Below, piece by piece: positions 59,201 through 64,000 of a stretch of DNA of 64,000 nt (positions are counted from its first letter, which is position 1; every line of letters starts with the position of its first letter). The stretch lies in NCBI GenBank assembly GCA_041651575.1, contig JBAZJB010000001.1, positions 546,096 through 610,095 on the forward strand, read 5' to 3'. The notes beneath the pieces were generated by a model. The model saw nothing but the letters and a program-made list of their open reading frames with translations, did no database searches and was not told where the DNA came from. Position numbers and translations under genes: made by a program. The stretch comes from Candidatus Nanoarchaeia archaeon. Lineage in GTDB: Archaea > Nanobdellota > Nanobdellia > SCGC-AAA011-G17 > JAFCDX01.

Positions 59201-59815
59201 TTAACCCTTTCTAAATTCAACTAACTTGCCTGCTTTAATTTCTATCTTATCTGCTTTACGTAAATTAGCTATCTGTTTCTCATCTAAAATAGAATAATGC
59301 TTAACACTATCAAGATAATCATGAATATACCATAAATCTTCTTTATCTGTTGCCCAGTTTTTATCATCAAATACTGAAAGATCTACTGGATTAGAAAAGC
59401 TTCTTAATGTTTTCTTGCCATTATCCATAAAATACTCATGGAAATAACTCATCACTAATTCTCTTATATCTCTATAAATTGGTTCTCTATATCTCAATAC
59501 AGCATGATTTGTTTTTGTTATAGCCCCCCATTTGCCGTTTTTTTGAAATACGGCCAGTACATGTTCATAATCTTCTTTTGTCGTCTTTAAATCAACTAGT
59601 AAAGGTTTTTCACCTTGTATTCTTAATGCTAAAGCAGCTAATATTGCTCCTTCTATACAATGAGCTTTTTTTGTTTTAAGAACCATTCTCGGAGACATAC
59701 ATGTATCTCCTTGTTCTTCAAAGTTTATTTTAATTTTATTTAAAAAATTCTGAATCTTTTTAGGAGTATCTAGTTTCTTTAGAACTTTTAACTCTTTTTC
59801 ATTTAAATTTAACAT
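59201..59815 (-). CDS. Transglutaminase-like family protein
   Basis: SPRxVL...AHCIEGA, HVLAVF, WGAITKTNH, LVMSYFHEY. Confidence 0.7.
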   Translation of the reverse strand: MLNLNEKELKVLKKLDTPKKIQNFLNKIKINFEEQGDTCMSPRMVLKTKKAHCIEGAILAALALRIQGEKPLLVDLKTTKEDYEHVLAVFQKNGKWGAITKTNHAVLRYREPIYRDIRELVMSYFHEYFMDNGKKTLRSFSNPVDLSVFDDKNWATDKEDLWYIHDYLDSVKHYSILDEKQIANLRKADKIEIKAGKLVEFRKG

Positions 59816-59816
59816 T

Positions 59817-60191
59817 TTAACTACCTTTTTTAAAAGATTTACTCATTTCTGCTCTTGCTAATCTAAATTCCATTAACTCTTTTTCTAAAGAGTCTGTTTT
59901 AAAACCTAATCTTTTAAGATCTTGTATGTGCCCTTTCATAGATATTATTAATTGTAATGCTTTTTCTAATTCTTGCTTTTTAAGTAAATACCTTGTTTCT
60001 TTAATTAAAGGGGCAAGGATTTCAGAAGTATTAGAAAAATATTCTGAATCTTCTTCAGAAAGGGGTTTTATATTTTTTCTTTCTATTTCTTCTTCTGAAA
60101 GAGTTCTATCTGGATAAGGATCAGAAGACATTAACAAAGTTAATCTTTCTAAAAAGGCATTTGCTTTTTTAATTAGTTTAGAGATATCCAT
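59817..60191 (-). CDS. Hypothetical protein
   Basis: 124-aa helical ORF. Confidence 0.6.
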   Translation of the reverse strand: MDISKLIKKANAFLERLTLLMSSDPYPDRTLSEEEIERKNIKPLSEEDSEYFSNTSEILAPLIKETRYLLKKQELEKALQLIISMKGHIQDLKRLGFKTDSLEKELMEFRLARAEMSKSFKKGS

Positions 60192-60237
60192 AGTATACTA
60201 AGGAATAATGAGAAATATTTAATTGTTTCTAAAAGAA

Positions 60238-60627
60238 TTATCCTGGATAGAGAGTTTGTATTGTTCGTTCAAGTGCTTTAGCGTCTTCTTCAGGACTTAC
60301 TGGCTTAATTTTTGCTCTTTCTTCCATAATTTTATTTTTTTCTTGAGGAGTTAAAAAAGTTACTTTTGGTTCAACTGCCTCTAAAATTCTATGATATTCA
60401 ATTAAATGTTCTAAAAATAAACGTGCTTCTTTTGAGGTTTTAAGATAAGAAGTCAGAGAAACATTAGATTGATACCAATGACATAATTTTAAGTATTCTC
60501 CTTGAAAAACTTCTTTATTTGATTCTTTTCTAACTCTTTCTAATAGTTTTGGCATATATTTATTTATAAAAGTTAATTGTTGTGAAAAATCTCCTTTTTT
60601 ATTTAAGTATTGTTCTAAGGTAACCAT
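60238..60627 (-). CDS. Hypothetical protein
   Basis: 129-aa ORF with TATA-like element upstream. Confidence 0.6.
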   Translation of the reverse strand: MVTLEQYLNKKGDFSQQLTFINKYMPKLLERVRKESNKEVFQGEYLKLCHWYQSNVSLTSYLKTSKEARLFLEHLIEYHRILEAVEPKVTFLTPQEKNKIMEERAKIKPVSPEEDAKALERTIQTLYPG

Positions 60628-60666
60628 AGTTTTAATGAAGAAGGATAAATATTTAATCCTTTCTTT

Positions 60667-61035
60667 TTAGAATTTAAACTCTCTTTTAAAAAGTTTTGTA
60701 TCAGTGTGGTCATCAATCATAGTAAAAAAGTTTGCAAGCCACCCATTTGAATCTTTTACTTCTTTACCTTTTTCATCTAAAATAAACATTTCTTTTTTCA
60801 TAAAAACTTCTAAAACCAACATAAATTTGTCAGGAAGTAATTCAAAGCCATATGATCCTTCTATTTTAGTAACTCTAAAAACTTTAGAAGTAATTCCGCT
60901 GCCATAATTTTCAGGTCTAACTTTTGAATAAATCTCATCTTTTCTTAATTCAGGTATCTCTTTTTCATATCCCATAAACTTAAGCATAGAATAAGTTTGT
61001 TTTTCATTTAATGCTTGCCAAGATTTTATTGTCAT
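60667..61035 (-). CDS. Hypothetical protein
   Basis: 122-aa ORF with TATA-like element upstream. Confidence 0.6.
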   Translation of the reverse strand: MTIKSWQALNEKQTYSMLKFMGYEKEIPELRKDEIYSKVRPENYGSGITSKVFRVTKIEGSYGFELLPDKFMLVLEVFMKKEMFILDEKGKEVKDSNGWLANFFTMIDDHTDTKLFKREFKF

Positions 61036-61069
61036 AAGAAAAATATAATGAGGATATATTTAAACATTA

Positions 61070-62200
61070 TTATTTTTTATTTAATAAATTATAAACATAA
61101 ACGTACATTCCACAAGACCAAGCAAAAGGATAATCTGCTTTAAAGAACATTTTCTTTACAGGTTTTTTATTAAAATATACTTCATAGACTTCTTTTTCTG
61201 CGTTAATAACTTCTGCGATTTGATTAAAGGTTTTAAGCGCTTCTTTTTTCCTTCCTAGTTTATTCAAAGCCAAAACATTAAAGCAGCCTATCCATAACCA
61301 AGAAAAACCATTGTGATATAATACTTTTCCTCTTAAAAAATTTAAAGGAGCTCTTCTCCATAATGGATAAATAGGATAAGAATTGGGCAAAGGAGTTTTA
61401 TCTTTTAATCTATCTAAAATATAATTTTCTATCCTTTCTGCTTGATCTTTATTTGCAACCCCAAGTAAAATAGCCAAGGCATTTCCTGCAGTACAACAAT
61501 AAAAATCTTTTTTAGTTGTCCAGGAACTATAAAAATTTCCTTTCCAGAATTTATTATTAATTTCTTCTCGTAATAAACGCGCTTTTTCCTTGTAATCTGC
61601 ACAATCTAACTCTAAAAGGTGTGAAAGTACTACAAAAGCATTTAATGCGCCATAATGCAATACATTTGTGTATAAAACATGTCCTCGTTTTATCGTTGTA
61701 TCTTCCCAATTTGCAAAAAATCCTTCTCTAATTAAATTATTTTTGTAATGTAAAAAATTCCAATCAATTATTTTCTTTATTTTTTGATAATTTCTTTGTA
61801 AATATTCCAAATCTTTTGTTTCTTGAATATAAGCAAGTAAAATAATTAAAAAAATTGAGTTTTGATCTAATGCTTTTGTTAAAAATAAGGAGGTTGAATA
61901 TCTTATTCCTAATTCTTTTCTTTTTATTTTAATTCCTAAATATTTTAAACCGACATGATAACGATCTATTCTCCTAGGTATTTGCCCATTTTCATCTAAA
62001 TTTGATAAAAATAAATTTAAATTTGTCCTTACGATATCAGAATCTCCTGCTTTTAATGCTCCCAATGATGCAAATAAAGAATCTCTTGCCCAATAATCAT
62101 CAAATCTATGTAATCCTGCTACAATTCCAGAATCAGAATAACATTCTTTTAATCCTTTTAATGAAATATTGTAGGCTTCTTTTATTGAGTTTTTTTCCAT
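61070..62200 (-). CDS. (alpha/alpha)6 glycoside hydrolase (amylo-alpha-1,6-glucosidase/invertase-like)
   Basis: AG..F.DYWARDS, WED, YHNG.SW.W, E.Y, FAWS. Confidence 0.85.
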   Translation of the reverse strand: MEKNSIKEAYNISLKGLKECYSDSGIVAGLHRFDDYWARDSLFASLGALKAGDSDIVRTNLNLFLSNLDENGQIPRRIDRYHVGLKYLGIKIKRKELGIRYSTSLFLTKALDQNSIFLIILLAYIQETKDLEYLQRNYQKIKKIIDWNFLHYKNNLIREGFFANWEDTTIKRGHVLYTNVLHYGALNAFVVLSHLLELDCADYKEKARLLREEINNKFWKGNFYSSWTTKKDFYCCTAGNALAILLGVANKDQAERIENYILDRLKDKTPLPNSYPIYPLWRRAPLNFLRGKVLYHNGFSWLWIGCFNVLALNKLGRKKEALKTFNQIAEVINAEKEVYEVYFNKKPVKKMFFKADYPFAWSCGMYVYVYNLLNKK

Positions 62201-62233
62201 TAAAATTTGAGAAATGAGTAGATATTTAAGATT

Positions 62234-62275
62234 TATTGCGCTTAAAAGTTTTAAGCGTTGCTTAAAGATTTTGTT
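62234..62275. repeat. 42-bp intergenic repeat, copy B
   Basis: tattgcgcttaaaagttttaagcgttgcttaaagattttgtt; direct repeat of 56091-56132. Confidence 0.8.
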
Positions 62276-62326
62276 ATTCTATTTATTATACAAATATTTA
62301 TATATTTTAATTACAAATTATAAGAT

Positions 62327-62668
62327 ATGGTAGAAACAAGGGAAGACTTAGTTAAAAAAGAACTAAGGGAAATAAGAGTAGCCATTATTAAGTATCAAAA
62401 TGAAAAAAGAGATTATGAAAAACATTTTGGAAGCTTATCTGAAATAAAGGGTAAAAATAAAGGTATGTGGAAAGAATTCTCTTTAATTATCCCAGAAATA
62501 CTTATAAAAATAGAAAAAGCCCTCAAATATAAAGATCGATTTAAAAATATCATTGAAGAGATGGATGCAAGAGAAAAGGATTTTTATTTAGTTGTATTTG
62601 GTGAATTAAAAAAATATAGAAGAAAATTAAATAGGGATTGGAATATTTTAAAAGAAGAGCAAATTTAA
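62327..62668 (+). CDS. Hypothetical protein
   Basis: 113-aa helical ORF with TTTATATA upstream. Confidence 0.6.
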   Translation: MVETREDLVKKELREIRVAIIKYQNEKRDYEKHFGSLSEIKGKNKGMWKEFSLIIPEILIKIEKALKYKDRFKNIIEEMDAREKDFYLVVFGELKKYRRKLNRDWNILKEEQI

Positions 62669-63165
62669 AGTTTTTCTTTTATTAAATAAACCTCTGAATC
62701 TGCTTTTTTTTCTAAGAAATAAACTCCTTTCCCTAAGCCAGGGTAAGTTGTTCCATTCATAGACTGTTGTATTATAAGGTTACGTTCTTTGATTAAAGAA
62801 GCTTCAACTTCTAAATGAGATTTACCAATGATAGCAATCAAATTTTTATTAAAATCTGTTAAATAAGAACAGATAAATTCTGCCATTTTATTTAAATAAT
62901 CAAATTCTGGAATACCTTTAAATTGCTTTACTAAAGGTAAACAATTCTTTTGAGAGGTTATCTCTTTAAATTCTTTATAACTATCTTCTATTCCTTCCTT
63001 AGGATCTTCTAATGCAAGCATAAATGAATCTTTATTTAAATTATTTAGAATTAATTTTTGATTATCGCTCCATTTTTTATCTCCATGAAAATCTCCTATA
63101 AATGTTAATGGAGTAGATTGTATTTTTTCTATTAAATCACTAAAATTTACTCTTCTTATTTCCAT
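62665..63165 (-). CDS. Hypothetical protein (possible ChaN/TraB-like fold)
   Basis: FIGDFH, LALE, AIIGKSH pattern. Confidence 0.5.
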   Translation of the reverse strand: MEIRRVNFSDLIEKIQSTPLTFIGDFHGDKKWSDNQKLILNNLNKDSFMLALEDPKEGIEDSYKEFKEITSQKNCLPLVKQFKGIPEFDYLNKMAEFICSYLTDFNKNLIAIIGKSHLEVEASLIKERNLIIQQSMNGTTYPGLGKGVYFLEKKADSEVYLIKEKL

Positions 63166-63284
63166 TTTATGTCACAGATTAAGAAAGAGAGTAGATTTAT
63201 AAATCTTTCTTATTGTCACCACTTAGGAGTACAACCTTTTCCAAACAAAAGATTTAAATTCTAAGGAGTTACCCAGTATAAAGC

Positions 63285-63884
63285 ATGTTATCGTGGTTAT
63301 TCAAAAAAGCAGGTGTTCAAGGTGATCAGGTTAAATTAGACACCAAATTGCATGAATCTTTTTCTAATATAAAAGTAGATATAAAAGAAATTGGAAACTG
63401 GATAAATCATTTTAAGCAAAAGCACGACGAGAATGATGAAAAACATGAGAGTCATGAGAAAAATATTATTAATTTATCGCGAAGAATTAGTGCTATTGAA
63501 GATACCCTAGAAAATTTAAGTGTTCAATCGTTCATGAACGTTCATGAACGCTCACCTAAAATAGGTTTAAACGAGGCAACTCCTTCGAATTCAGGTAGTC
63601 AACTGTTCATGAACGTTCAATCGTTCATGAACGTTCAAACTATCGAAAAATTGACTCCTGCACAGAAAAATATACTTGGTTTGTTAGTTTATGCAGGTGG
63701 TCCGCTAGGTTATGATGATATTTCAAAAAAGTTAGGGTTGAGTACAGTCACAGTTAGAAGACATATCAATGATATAAAAAAAGTTGGATTCAAATTAGAA
63801 GAAAAAAACAGTGCTAAAGGGAGAAAAAAATTATTTTATTTTGGTGAAAAAGAAAAAAGAGCCATATTAAAAGAAGCAAAGTGA
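63285..63884 (+). CDS. Coiled-coil plus C-terminal winged-HTH protein
   Basis: LTPAQK.IL, YDDISKKLGLSTVTVRRHIN.IK..G. Confidence 0.82.
   Translation: MLSWLFKKAGVQGDQVKLDTKLHESFSNIKVDIKEIGNWINHFKQKHDENDEKHESHEKNIINLSRRISAIEDTLENLSVQSFMNVHERSPKIGLNEATPSNSGSQLFMNVQSFMNVQTIEKLTPAQKNILGLLVYAGGPLGYDDISKKLGLSTVTVRRHINDIKKVGFKLEEKNSAKGRKKLFYFGEKEKRAILKEAK
63522..63640. repeat. Clustered palindromic repeats GTTCATGAAC inside the wHTH gene
   Basis: Perfect copies at 63530, 63540, 63605 and 63623, with interleaved GTTCAATC units. Confidence 0.9.
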
Positions 63885-64000
63885 GAGTTCTGATAGATCT
63901 AAAAGATTAATTAAAAGTTAAAAAAGAGATAAGATTTTTAATAAAAAAGTGAGTTTTTGTAGCAAAAATTTCATAGTTTTGGGTAGGTAAAAACCTCAAA

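Noticed and set aside
63522..63640. CRISPR array
   Set aside because: Repeats are 8-10 bp, adjacent and intragenic, with no spacers or cas genes.

Overview
AT-rich archaeal chromosome segment, most consistent with a DPANN lineage such as Woesearchaeota (inferred from gene content and style). It carries a housekeeping core: ftsZ-secE-spt5-rpl11, rpl37ae-rpoP-pfdB, sepF, dph2-glyS, alba, endA/rnz, tfb, several r-proteins, RPA and a RecJ-like DHH protein. There are six tRNA genes, one of them a tRNA-Gln with two BHB-type introns. Surface-related content includes a glycoprotein cluster (8-14 kb), a 2168-aa Cys-rich secreted protein, and a type IV pilus locus (38-49 kb) with about ten pilin-like genes. 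One pilin-like gene is fused to an M23 peptidase and a phage-tail-lysozyme-like domain, i.e. predicted peptidoglycan hydrolases in an archaeon. From 53 kb a xerA-like recombinase precedes a variable region with three complete 11-6-11 dif-like sites in alternating orientation that bracket small gene modules, plus a half-site at the xerA start. The window ends with a wHTH gene containing palindromic iteron-like repeats. All family calls come from motif recognition by eye; no searches were run.
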